This document shows, piece after piece, positions 23,691-36,744 of a stretch of DNA of 64,000 bases. The stretch is taken from the NCBI RefSeq assembly GCF_009914755.1, contig NC_060928.1; one strand, given 5' to 3'. How positions within the stretch are numbered: position 1 is the first letter of the stretch; each line of letters opens with the position of its first letter. Below the pieces are notes generated by a model. The model was not told the origin of the DNA and ran no database searches. It saw nothing but the letters and a program-made list of their open reading frames with translations. Source of the DNA: the human T2T-CHM13v2.0 reference genome, Homo sapiens. A program made the position numbers and the translations under genes.

Positions 23691-25639
23691 AATTCCCAAT
23701 TCTTTATTGTATACTTGATTGTTTTAAGTATTTACATATAAATATTTTATACTTATATAAATATAGTTAAATAAAAGTAGGAAAACCAGGGAAGAACTGT
23801 GATCTTTTACTTTACTTTGCCTGGTAAGGAGTAAATGGCAGAGAAAGAAAGTTTTAACCTCCATAAAGCAATGTGCTTATGACCCCCCAATACCACACAC
23901 ACACAGAGGCACACACAGAGCTAATGGGTGTCGTCTAGCTATCTGCTTGACTGAATCAGTGAACTAATGGAGGTTCTGTGATCTGAACTCAGGATTCCTG
24001 ACACCCAGTCATTTGCACTCTTGCTCTTCCTTTCATCGGATTAAAATCTCTGCACATCTTTCGTGTTTGTGGGTAACAAGTGAAATTTGTTATTAAGTTA
24101 AACTTAAATATTATTGAATCAACATTTAAAAGTTTGCAGTCTATAAGGAAATTAAGGCAGAAGAAAAAAAATAGAAAAATCTGGATTTAATTTCCCTAAC
24201 CCATAGTGGATTTCACTAAGAAAATAGACCTTAATGTAAACAACTTCTGTATTTGTAACGTTTTCTTTTAAAATAATGATTCTGTAAATAACTTATTGTC
24301 CTAAAATGCACAAACTGGATTCCTGAGGTCTCTGTCATGGGAGCCTTGTCTCAGGCTCAGCCAAATATAAAGTTCTCCAAACTTTCGGTATTCTTTTGCT
24401 CACAACAGCTTTTCAAAAGGTAGATGACTAGGAAATGCACTTTCATTCTCCTCTTAGTGCTTGAACATTGGTTTGACTTTAATAGGCTGGGATGATTTCA
24501 GCTTATAAATCTTCAACTGGAGGATAAAGTTCAAGTAGATAAAATCAAACAGATGTTGGTGGGAGGATTTCTTCATGACCCATAAAAGTGCTATCATCAA
24601 AGCTGAGAATCATTTGTTTTGAATTATTACACTGTTATCAAAAGGACTGTAGCAGTCTGTTTGTTGAGAAATTGGATCTGTTTATCTGAAAACAGAACAA
24701 AGATGCCATGCTAAGGCGTTCCTGGGAAAGTGTGTTTCAGATGATGGCTGACATGCTGGGGTAGCTCTGAGACACTTTGATTGACATTTGTCAGCAAACA
24801 TGGTAGTCGGGACATGTCATTCTTCAAGTGATATGGAATAACCCTGTGTTAACCAGAACTTGGCCAAAGGCACGGTGGAGGGTGGTGGTAGGGAAACCCT
24901 ACAGGTAAAATAAGGAAGCTCATTTCTGAGTGAACACAATTAGCTGTTAGTGGGGGAGAATAGTTTATTTTTTAAGCATGATGAATGGCTGGTAAATGAC
25001 ACTGAAATGCTCACCATTCTAGGAACACTTGTCCTGGAACTGGCTTCAGCACACAGACCATCTCCATGGTACTCAAGTAGGAATGATTCACATTCATGTA
25101 CACAGTAGGCAGGCTCATGCTTTATAACACAACTGTCCCAAATGTGTTTGTCTTTGTATTAATTTGGTTTATAGAACCAGGTATGTTTCAGTGTTGGATG
25201 TACTTTAAGGACAATGCAGAAATGCAAAATATTAAAATATAACATGAATAAATGACTATCTTAAACCAGTAGGTAATCATGTTTCTATCAGATGAAAACT
25301 GCGTACCTGGAGTTGCCAGAGTTCCCTTTTGGAAACTGATACATTAAGAACACCTCCATTTAGCAATCAAAGTTGCCAAACATACTGAATTATACTAGTG
25401 TTATAAACTAGTCTGAGGGATTTCCTACTTCACTAATATCTCCTCCCTTAGACTCTGAAGATCCTGTCTAATCTCGTGTCCTTCTATGTACCTAACTTTG
25501 CACTCAGCACTTACAATGTGTTCTGTAAGGGTTCTTATTGTAAGAACCTGTAAAGATGATCAATTTCAAGTGATTTGTCTTCCTCCTCAACAATTGACTG
25601 TCCATGATTCCCCTCCCTATAGTTCTTACATTTTTTATT

Positions 25640-25770
25640 TTTTGCTTTAAGAGCCATTTTGAAACTCTGATAAATGCTATAATCATTTTCCAGAGAATAC
25701 AATTGTATTTAAAATTTTGCATGCACTCACAGGGCATTCAAAGATCTGCCCAAGTCATTTTTGGTAGTTC
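25640..25770. mobile_element. MER103C-like hAT-Charlie remnant
   Basis: ttttgaaactctgataaatgctata..ttccagagaa..aaaattttgcatgca..cagggcattca. Confidence 0.55.
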
Positions 25771-25981
25771 TCCCCACTCTCCCAAGAGAAGAGCCTCTAA
25801 TAAATCCTTTAAGACCAACAGAAGCCCTATTTTTTTTTTTTTCCTGAAGCTAAACTACTGCATTGCATAGGCTGTCCTACATAGCATTTAACAAAGAGGG
25901 CCTTGGAATTTAAAAGCCTAGGGTCTAGCTCTGTTCTCTGCTAGCTCTGCAATTCTAGGACCCAGCCTTTTTGGGAAGTCT

Positions 25982-26106
25982 AAGAGACTTAGATTCCCAC
26001 ACAATAATAATGGGAGACTTTAACACCCCACTGTCAACATTAGACAGATCAACGAGACGGAAAGTTAACAAGGATACCCAGGAATTGAACTCAGCTCTGC
26101 ACCAAG
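25982..26106 (+). mobile_element. Isolated 125-bp internal fragment of a young L1PA (ORF2 endonuclease domain)
   Basis: Translates without stops to RDLDSHTIIMGDFNTPLSTLDRSTRRKVNKDTQELNSALHQ, near identical to L1 ORF2p EN; no poly(A), 3'UTR or TSD. Confidence 0.93.
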
Positions 26107-27247
26107 GAAACTGAGCTTTCATTTGATTTAAAAAGTTTATGATTCATGTCTTGTTCTTATTGTCCAAACTAGATTGTAAGCTCTCTGTGGGAAACAGCTT
26201 GTCTTATCAGCTTTCTCTATATGTTGTAGGTTATCTAACATAATACTAGCTTTAATAAATTAATCAGGAAACAGTGATTATATATTAATAAGAAATAAAG
26301 CAAACAGCATAATACCTGTTTTTTTTCTATAACCTGAAATTTCTTTTTGCCTAATACTTAAGCAAAGAAATTTCAATTTAAGTTAAAAATCAGGTGCATT
26401 CCATTTAAAAAATTTTCTTATACTTTACTCCTTTTCTCTAAAAGTTAAGGATACATTGTCTACAATATTGCATTAATGAAGAATCTTGGTTTTTATTCCT
26501 AGAAAGCATTTTTCTTTTTCTTTTTTAGGAATGTGTATAGAAATTATTTGAGTGAATATATGATGATACTACGTGAATGTCATTTCACATTTTCCTCTCC
26601 ATAAATCCTTCTGAAATATAATTTAATTGAAAACATGCCATGTTTTTCCAATATAATTTTTTCAAAACACTAAGAAAAGCAAATACTATGAATGGGAAAG
26701 TGTGGCATGTGGGGACCACTGCTAGAATGGAAATACAATCACTTAAATTTTTTCTCAAAAGAATGCTTAGTGCATCTAACACTCCATGAAGGGACGTATT
26801 TAAACAGACAATGGTGATGTCCTCTGATATCTGGTTGGGTGGTGGTGAGAATGTGGTGGTAACATTTCTAGTAGATATTCTAACATTCTGGGGACTTTCA
26901 CAGTGAATGTTACTATGCTTAATGTTTCCCATACCATTAGGGAGTGTTCAAAGGTTTTTCTTTCTCTTCCCCTCTTCTTCTCCCAAAGAAATTACTAAAG
27001 GAAAAGGAGCTCTGATAAAAGTCAGGCTCAATGAGTCACCTTAGTGACAGAGGAATTCTGTAGTAAAAATAAGAAGATTTAAACAGAATTGATTAAATTG
27101 AGAGAAAGGCTTGACTTTCTTCCCTTTTTGTTCTCTCTTTGATGGCCAATATGTGGGATTTCACCTCTACTTTCCATAGGGCTGGTGTGTTAGATGCGTC
27201 CTGTGGGTGTTTCTCTTCCATCCATGTTTCCATTAATTTCCCCTCCA

Positions 27248-27283
27248 ACACACACACACACACGCGCGCGCGCGCGTGTACAC
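27248..27283. repeat. (CA)n(CG)7 compound alternating purine-pyrimidine tract
   Basis: acacacacacacacacgcgcgcgcgcgcgtgtacac. Confidence 0.95.
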
Positions 27284-27534
27284 TCAGGGTTATGTGAAGC
27301 GCAAATAAAGAAGAATGTGAAGTGAGAAACTTAGCCAGGGTTTTGCTGGGTTTTTCTTCCTTGTTTATTTCCTACTCATTTCCCTACATGGCCAAGATTA
27401 GGGTGTTTCCAGAATGAAGGCAGCAAAGGAGCAGATTTTGGAAGCCTCAAGCTCAAAGAATTAATGTTTCTCTGGCCACATTTTGTCAGAACCAAGTTCT
27501 CCTTCATTGGAAGTTGGAGTAAAACCCAACTAGT

Positions 27535-27642
27535 TGAAAATAAAAAAGATAAAGAAAGAAAAGAAAGAAAGCAAGAAAGAGAAAGAGAGATAAAGAACTC
27601 CCCTCGCAAAAAGGAAGAAAGGAAAAGAAAAGAAAAGAAAAG
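27535..27642. repeat. GA-rich low-complexity tract
   Basis: (GAAA)/(GAAAA) degenerate run. Confidence 0.85.
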
Positions 27643-27819
27643 ATTATCCACTTATCTGTGGTGTTGCCCACACGCATATCTGAAAATCTAAAAAGTTGGT
27701 TGGTGGTAACAGGTCAAAGACTTGCAAATGATTTTTCGAATCTCTTATCCTCTTTGAACATCGTTAACATTTAACTGGGAAACAGCAACAACAACAAACT
27801 TTAAGAGCTTTGGTCATAT

Positions 27820-28132
27820 ATAGGCCAAAGCTTGTTCTGTTTGGCCTACATAGTGGGTTTTTGTTTTGATTTTTAAAATTTGCCATTTAAACTTAGAAAA
27901 TGTTATATAAAAATTTTAATGTCAGAATTCTTTTAAAATTGGAAATTGTAACAAATATGGGTCCAAGTTCTCACCGGGTATCATTATCTGGAGCTTATTA
28001 GCAACTTACCTTTTGGACAAGGAATGCATTGTCTGGTCTGGAACAATTCTTATCATTCCGAGTGCTTATAACCTAGCATTGCACCTATTCTGGTTACTTG
28101 CCCAGTCACTGCAGCATTTGAACATGCAAACA
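27820..28132 (-). mobile_element. MER102-like hAT-Charlie element
   Basis: gttctgtttggcctacatagtg.. ending ggttacttgcccagtcactgcagcatttgaacatgcaaac, resembling the MER102 terminus. Confidence 0.55.
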
Positions 28133-28709
28133 ATTTTTTAAAATGTTTTCAGGTAAAGTCTGACAATTTTTGTTGAATAGAAATGAATTAGATTTCCTAC
28201 AGTTCTTCAGTCAGAAAAGTTCTATAACAAAAATCATTATCTACCCTACTATAAGCCTTCACTTCATGAAGACATTATGTCATCAAGTAACCATATTTTT
28301 CTAGACAAAATAAGATTCTTTATCTGGAATAATTATTTCTTAGAGTTTTAATAATTTCACTGCTTTTCAGACTATCTTCAAAATCTACTGAACTCCAAAT
28401 CTGTAAGGTTTTTCAACCATATGAATATGAACATTTCTGTTTATGTTAACAAAAGGATTGGAAAAAGAGTATGTCTTAGAGCCAGTGAATATTAAAGGAC
28501 TTCTTAGTATCCACTGGCTCTAACATGCCTCTGAGTGGTGTTAAGTTTTTTATATAAAGCTTTTGGTTGTTTTATATTTGACTAAAATGCATAGCCATTT
28601 TGGCTCTTTGGAGTCTTTCTGCATTCATCCATCTATCTATTTACCTACTTCCCTACATAGGGCCACAGCTAACAATGGAAATAATTAATTTTAATAGATT
28701 GGGAAGCCA

Positions 28710-28845
28710 GGTTCATTCTTTCACTTATCCCTTAAAAATATTTATTGATGGAGCCTTTATATCAGACACTGTGTTGAGTACTAAAGGAATAACTAAGCAT
28801 GAGTTATAGTTTTAGATTTCAAGATTCAACGTTTTATAGACAAGG
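28710..28845 (-). mobile_element. LINE-2 3' end fragment
   Basis: ttcattctttcacttatc..atatttattgatggagcctttatatcagacactgtgttgagtact. Confidence 0.6.
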
Positions 28846-29659
28846 AGAAAATTGTAGTTATATAGTTTATGTAAGGTTTGAAACTAATCGTAGTATATCA
28901 AGGATTTGAAGATCCTTATTTTTTTCCAATATGCTGCATCCCTTTCTAAGCATCAAGTAATTTCATATAATCAGCCATAAATAAGAATGAATTATAAGAT
29001 GTAACTGAAACATTATTTTTGATTTCTCTCTCTGTCCCATTTCCTGGATCTGATCTCTAACAGATTTCATGACTTTTCTGGTCAGTCTTAAGTAAAAGAA
29101 AGTACAGCAGTCATGTTAAGTCACAAGCAAAACTTCAAATCAAAAGGTAGAATGCCAGGATGAATATATGAATCAACATCCTCTCCCTCTCTTTTCTCCC
29201 CCTTTCTCTGCGCTTTGTTCCTCTCTCTACTCTTCAGCAGGCAGCTCTCTGTAATCTGCAATCCTGCTTATGGATGCTTTTGTGTGTTTCATGAGGTCTT
29301 TTCTTCTGGGCCTCCTGAATTGTTCTCTATTTGCCATTCTGAATAATCCTGGTTTTTCTGACAGTTCCCTCCACAGAACATCCTTCTTTTGGAGTCCCAT
29401 CAGCCTTCCAGGAAGACCTTTTATGCAAAAGTCATCACCTGAGAGGGCCTGCACCCACCCAGCAAGAATCCCTGTGCCCTTGGAGGCATGGTATTCAATA
29501 GCAAATAGAAAACACCATGACAAATTGAAAGGGAACAACCATGGAAGAAAGAAAAGCATTTTATATTTCTGTACCTTTAATGGCATTTTTTTCTGTTTTC
29601 TGAAAAAAGGGTCTGTATTTTCGTATTTCCTGGGTCCTACAAATTAAGCTGCCTACTTT

Positions 29660-29812
29660 GTATTGAAACTAGACAGGGTGGCCAGGGTAGAAGCTGTGAT
29701 ACCATTAGTAGGCTACCATATTAAGTCAAACCCAGGATAGTGGTGCCTTGACCAAGGTGGGAGCAGTGGCATTGGTGAGAATGGGTTTATCTCTGCATAT
29801 ATTTTGAAGACT
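29660..29812 (-). mobile_element. LINE-2 fragment
   Basis: gtaggctaccatattaagtc..gatagtggtgccttgaccaaggtgggagcagtgg..atatattttgaag. Confidence 0.65.
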
Positions 29813-29831
29813 TGCCTGCCCGCTTTCTTTG

Positions 29832-29954
29832 CTTTCCCTCCCTCCTTCCCTCCCTCCCTCCCTCCCTCCCTTCCTTCCTTCCTTCCTTCCTTCCTTCCTT
29901 CCTTCCTTCCTTCCTTCCTTCTTTCTTTCTTCCTTCCTTCCTCTCTCTCTCTTC

Positions 29955-30006
<52 letters not shown>

Positions 30007-30076
30007 TTCTTTCTTTCTTTCTTTCTTTCTTTCTTTCCTTCTCTCTCTCTTTCTTTCTCTTTCTTCTCTTTCTCTT
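29832..30076. repeat. Compound (CCCT)n(CCTT)n(CTTT)n microsatellite; 245 nt of uninterrupted pyrimidines
   Basis: Direct inspection. Confidence 0.97.
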
Positions 30077-32114
30077 ATATATATGGCAAGTCAGATACTT
30101 CTTAATTGAAACAGATTTTTAAAAAAAGCTTCGGATAAACTGTATAGAGCAGGCATAGCCAATTTAAATATAAAAATACTCCCTGAAATGCTTTTCTGCT
30201 AAATCACACTAGAAAGCATGCTTAGTAGGTGCTCCTTATTCAGTAAAATCACTGACTTCATGTGTGACTGTGGTTGGTAGTGGCATTTCTTTCTGATAGA
30301 TGGCAAGTTCGTATAAAATACGTAAGTAGGTTGAACGCACATGTGCATAATTTTCTCAAGTGCGATATAAAACTCTCATAAACTAAATGTTATGTGTCCA
30401 TTAAAAAAACTAGATCCATCATAAAGAAGCCCTAAAATATTTATGGATTTTAAAATAGCTTATTACTTGATTGGAAAGGGACCAGATTGCAACCATCTTA
30501 TTGCAATTCTAATAATCATTAAGTCTTTTGGAAAGCCAGAATGAAATACGTTGGGTTTCTCTTTCTTATTCCCAATAAGTCACAATCCATCCCAAACCTG
30601 TGTGGGGCATTGGCTTTGTTGCTCCTCACCTGGATGCTTCCCAAGGGAATCTTCTTCTGAGGCAGCTATTCAGTTATTACTATCAAGAGATAACTGCTGT
30701 TGAAGAAGAGGGAACGTGCTGAAGAGGTGGTGAAACGAAGCAGGGGTTAAGCAGAGTCTGACCCCAAGTAAAGTAATTGTGTACCTGTATTTTGGCTGGA
30801 TCAAGAATTACAGCCACAGTAATTAGTGGTGCATTTTCGTATTATGACGTGCCAGGCCTGTGACTTTCTTTCTTTCCTTTTCTTTCTTTCGTTTTTTTTT
30901 TTTCTTCCTTGAGACTTGTCCTAAGGAGAAAGCCGGGGGGAAAAATGAAGTGAGAATTAGATTAAAGCTGCCTTGCACTGCCGAATGCTGAGCCTACATG
31001 AGCTACCAGATCAAGGGCCAGCACTGGAAAAGCTTTACTAGAGTTGCTAAAAGTAAGCATAGCATCAGAATTTTGTCCTTCTCCAATGTTATCTGCTTTT
31101 AGCAAGGGTCACTGGTGGGGGTGGGCCTCCCTGAAAAATCAAGGATAAAGAATAAATAACTGTAAGCCTTAGTGGCTCAAACAAATTATTTTCCAGTTGG
31201 CAGACAGAGTGCTAAGTGGGAGGCAGTGAGTTTGAACCTGAGCGTCTTGATTGGTATCAGTGCCTGCCATTCTCTGTGTCTGAAAAAGCTTCCAGCTAAG
31301 AAACACATAATCAAGTTCGAGTAACACTCCTTTAGCACATAGAAAGGCACATAGGAAAGACATTCAAGCAGTGAAAGAAAAAAGAACCACGTAGTTGTTC
31401 AACTTTGTGTGTGTTTTTGATGTGGGAATTAACACGTATCTCGGGTGACATTGTTACTTTATATATGGAAGAAATATTTTATACAATTCAGTTATTGAAT
31501 CATGAGTTTCTTCTCATTAGTGGTAGAGAATTTGATATATCTTTTGTTTAAGTTGGCAAATTCTAGACAGTCAATCTTAAAAAAGATTTTTTTCTTTTTT
31601 ACTAGAATTCCTTTTACTACACTTGTCATGCTAATATTTCAACTGTCATATTGAAGTGCTCCATGTCCTATTGGTGACATTATATATTCAAAGCAATGAT
31701 TAGACTTAAACATATGAAATTTGAGGACAGAAAAGAACAGTTTCCAGTTGAATTTTGATTTGCTGAATGGCAACTGATATAAACAAAATATCCTCTCCTT
31801 GGCTGTTGGCAGCCACAGTTCACCTGTCAAGAAAGTGCTTATGACCATTTCTCATTTTCTAGTGGGAGTGCTGAAAATTTACAACCTCTTTGGGAATTTC
31901 ACTTTTCTTTGTGAAGCTGTAAGGGGAGCCATTATAAGTACTTTTAATTATAATCTATTTTGAGTGTTGAAAGTTCTTTTCCAGCACATACCATTAGAGG
32001 TACTGAAAAATATCTTTGGTCACTCTACAAAACGGTAAGCAGTTTTTCTGGGATTTTATTTAGCAATCCCCACCCCCCTCACCCCATAAACCTGAGGTAC
32101 TTACAATTTAATAA

Positions 32115-32325
32115 CATCAATAACTGTTCATATCATTTACTTATTGAGAACTTCATGCTGGGCTCTGTTCTAGGTACTTTACTTGTATTAAAGTTATTTA
32201 CTTCTTTCCACTGCTCTGTGAGGAAAACAAAATCATCTCCATTCTGAAGCACAGGAAGGTTACAAAATTGGTTGCAAGTCACACAGCTGGTATGTGGCAG
32301 TATAGACATGGAACCCAGATTCCAA
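32115..32325 (-). mobile_element. MIR SINE
   Basis: catttacttattgag..atgctgggctctgttctaggtacttta..gcaagtcacacagctggtatgtggcag..gaacccag. Confidence 0.7.
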
Positions 32326-32615
32326 GTAGTCATTAGGCAAAATGTAGTTATGTATGTAATTCTAAATGATTAATTTCTTTACTTCATGGAGTTTAAAAAT
32401 TTTGAAAAACCAGTATAATAGTAAATGCTATATTTACAAATAGTAATGACTCTTCAGTTCCTCTACAACTCTGTGGAGAATAATATAACTTATCAAGATT
32501 AATTTGGATTTTAAACCAGTATTATCTTTAACATACTAATGAATGAGAACATTAGTTGCCTATAAATGTTGACATCGTGGTGTTCAAGGTGATAACTAAA
32601 AATTAAGGGAGTGCC

Positions 32616-32917
<302 letters not shown>

Positions 32918-32934
32918 GTAAGGGAATGCCAATA

Positions 32935-33260
32935 AATGGAGTAATAGTTGAAAAAACAGTGAAATGTTAATACCATGAAATATTATGCAGTCCTTAAAAA
33001 TGAGTTAGTTTGGAGGAATTCCCAAAGTGTGTTAAGTTTGAAAGCAAAGTTTGTAGAAAAATTTATAATTTGATGTCATTTTATAAATCTAATGATGTCA
33101 AACTCTCTCATATATGTGTAGGTATGTTGTGTGGGTGGGTAGGGCATGCATGCGTGCATGGGTCAGTATTTATATCAGCAAAGAGAAATACATGGAAAGA
33201 TACACTCTTAAAATTTGTTGCCCAGGAATAGTGAGAGGAGTATAAGGTCCTAGAGAGTGA
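32935..33260 (+). mobile_element. Old L1M (L1ME/MC-like) 3' fragment
   Basis: ataccatgaaatattatgcagtccttaaaaatgag..ttaagtttgaaagcaaagttt..tggaaagatacac. Confidence 0.55.
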
Positions 33261-33369
33261 ATGGGGCAGAATGAGGGAATTAGAGAAAAGCAAAGGGAGG
33301 GGAAAGAAAAAAATAGTTCACTGATAGATGCATAAATAATAATTGTAATAATAATAATAACATAGACAC

Positions 33370-33560
33370 TAGCTTAGGTGTCAGGAACCAGGCGTCCTGA
33401 TTCCATGTTTGACAATGGCTCACGGTGGTACCATAGATAAGTTACTCTATGGCCTAGGTTTTCATTTATAAAGTAAAGGTAGTTATATTATTTGACCTGT
33501 TTGTAGTTATTACAATGACCAAATGATATATGTCAAAACATAAAGGGCTATGGTTGCATA
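33370..33560 (+). mobile_element. Degenerate MIR
   Basis: ggtgtcaggaaccaggcgtcctgattcc..gataagttactctatggcct..ttcatttataaagt. Confidence 0.55.
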
Positions 33561-36007
33561 TTTATGGCACTGAGTACCTTATATTCATTTTTTATATGGA
33601 AAATAAAGCTAGGTCTTACAATTAAATATTGTGGTCACTATTTTTCCTCCCTAGTCTTCACTCTTGTCAGGTTACATTAAAACTAACTCTAGGTTCTGCT
33701 CCTATAAACACCGCATTTCTTGAGCATGGATTGTGCTTGTTATTGAATAAGAAGTTATACAAGGCTATAAAGTTTTAAATATCCAGATGAACCCAGAAGA
33801 AAGAAGTGTTATCAATATTATTATTCTCTTTTATATGATTTTACAGTTAGAATTGCAAACCAATTGTAATAGAATTCACTTTCCAAGATTAAAAAAAATC
33901 TTTTCATACAATAAGGAAGTATGACTTTTCTATTGACACTTTAAAAATTATCAAGTGTGAACATTTACTCACTGAGTATCAAAATAAAATGATAGGCCAT
34001 TTTACAGATAAGCTCAATATGTTGTTGTCATGTTGTATCCATAGAAGAGATAACATATCTATATGTCTGTATGTACATCTATCCATGTCCTTCTGTCATC
34101 TATCTATATTTAACACATGAAATAGGAAACAGAGAATGCAATTCAAGAGAGAGTTTCAGGGTGATAGGTATGAGCTGTGTATGGAGAACATTTAGTCCAG
34201 ATTGGAGCAGGTCAGAAAAGTCCAGGAAAATTTTAAGAAGATTAATACATAACGTATTTTAATATTTTAAAAATTAACAAAGAGCTTAGATTTTAATGAG
34301 TAAGTACTGAAAATTCTAGATAAACTTAAAAATAATCATTATCATGTCTTCCTGGGAAGACAGAGTATTGCACAGAAAATTAAGAGATCATAGTTCACTC
34401 TATGCTTCAGCTGTGGATAAAGTTGTACAGAGCCACAATGTAAACCCAGCCTATTTTTCCAACCACAACTATCATGTAAAATATTGGGATGTTGGGGCAC
34501 AGTTAGCATGCATCTGTGGCACATTAAAAGGAGAAGTGGGTATTGGTAGCAAAAAAAATACTAAATCATAATCTCCCAAGTGGAAAATCAATAGGCAACA
34601 CCTTAGCTGAAAACTCTAAGTAAGAAGAGCATATTATATACAAATAGGAAGTTATTTGTCAAAAGAATCAACTAAAAGAGTCAAGAGGGGCTCCCTCTAG
34701 GGTGCAAAAATTGGAAAAGGAGAACAGAAGGCTACTGGGGCTTTGTTTTGGCACTCTGACATTTTATGTATCGGTAAAACCTTTTTAAAATCAAAACTAA
34801 ATAATATTATTTTAAATCAGATGGAAATCTGCGAGATATAGCAAATGTTTTGCATTTAATTTTCTATGCTCACTTTGTACTTCATTGATATTTAAAAATT
34901 ACCTATATTGGTCTTCAGGGACACTCATACCATAGAGAAAGCATGTGGGAAGATATGCACGTAAGTATATTTGGGATATGGGCAAGTGTGAATTCGCTGG
35001 ACCTGGTCCTCTTTCCTACCAGTCATGGAATTTTAGAGTAGGAAGTAGTCATCTGAAAAGATCAGCTCATCTAATTCCTTTTTTTACATAGATAAAGAAC
35101 GTGAAGCTTGGCTTAAGCAACCTGGCCAAGCGAAGTATGTTCTTTACTTACTTCCCTTGTGTAAGAACAAATATGTTTTCTTGACAAATAAGTACTTAGG
35201 TAACATAATAGTTTTTTAGACCAAATATAGATTAAAATATAGGTTGAAATGTGTGTTTTATGGTATCAAAAAGAAACAAAAACATGCTTTTATTACCTAA
35301 TGTTCCAAGTCTTGCCCTTTGCACTTTAAACGACAAATCCATTAAAAAAATAATTTTATGCTTGAATCCAGTGATAACAAAGGAGAAAGCTTTAGGGTAT
35401 TTTTAAGTCCTACTCAGTAAAAAGATGTAGGGATGGGGAGTCTTAATTTCCAGTAAATGAAAGTCAACCTGATATAATGGTTACAATATTTTTCCTGTTT
35501 TGGAAACACCAGAGACATCTTGCTCAGATGAGTTTAACATGTGAACCTGGTGGAAATCATCCTGAAACAAATTTGAAATATCATCTCTCTTTGGTGTGTT
35601 CGTTTCTCATTAGCTTGCATTTTAACATTAGTGTTTCTTATGTTGCCTGTACTTAGCTAATGGTCTACTGGGGATATATATTAATATATACATGACAAAG
35701 AATAAGTATAATTTAAAAACTGCATAATGTTCAAAACCAGCACAGTGGCTGTTGGTGTGCAGCTGAGTGATGAACTAGTGACTGAATCAGGAACATATTC
35801 ATCTGGTCTCCAAAGTCTGGATATGCACAATCCCATGGTACTTTCTGTTTTGATGGCATAAGATATTTAAATGATACTTTAAATTATTAAAAAAGGGAAA
35901 CAAAATAGGTGCCATAACTGCCTATAATGGTGTCAACCCTGTGGAAACGTGTCGGTCAGCCTCTGTGGGTTGTTGAATCATCATTTGTGCAACGGTGCTC
36001 TAGGTCT

Positions 36008-36009
<2 letters not shown>

Positions 36010-36047
<38 letters not shown>
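36010..36047. repeat. (TG)n microsatellite
   Basis: About 19 perfect TG units. Confidence 0.97.
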
Positions 36048-36051
<4 letters not shown>

Positions 36052-36744
36052 AAACCATTTAGATCATAGGCTGCTTTTTCTCAATTATAACATAAGCATT
36101 TCCAATCATAAATATTTTTGAGAGCATGATTTTTTAAAAAAATATTTCAGTGGATGAATATGTCTGACTTGTACCCTTCTTTGGAGTTGTTTGAATTCCA
36201 GGAACAGAAACAGAGTCAAGCTAGGTTAGGGAAAGTAGGATTTATGGTAGTGATGCAGAGAAATCTCACAGAGCATCATTCAGGATGCTGAATTATGAAT
36301 TATTAATATTATGTCATTAACTGTACCTTTTCTTATGTTTAGCATCCCTAGTTTCACTTCTAGCTACAATTCACTTCTCATTAATTTTAAATTAAGTTAA
36401 AAAATTTACTCTGCTATCACAAGTACTTCAAACAAACAAGAACAAAACAAAACAAAAAAAATTTTGCAAATTTCTCAAAGTCCACCTCAGTAATAAGTAT
36501 TTGAAGCCTTAAGAGCAGATGCAGGTAAAAGGGTAAAAAGATATAAGGCCAGGGAGAAAAGAGAATTGCGGTAAAGAAAATAAAGGCAAACTGAGAAAGA
36601 AGCATGATAACATAGCATAAACTGAGGAGGAGCTTTCAATGTGGGGAGACAAAGGAATCAATAGATCAAGTAGAGTTAGGAATGAGAAAAGCTCACTGGC
36701 AAAGATATAGTGAAGCTAGTATGTTCATATTTTAATGGCGTTCA

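Noticed and set aside
29804-30122. Three overlapping ~100-aa F/L/S/P-rich ORFs
   Set aside because: Stop-free only because the tract is pure pyrimidine microsatellite
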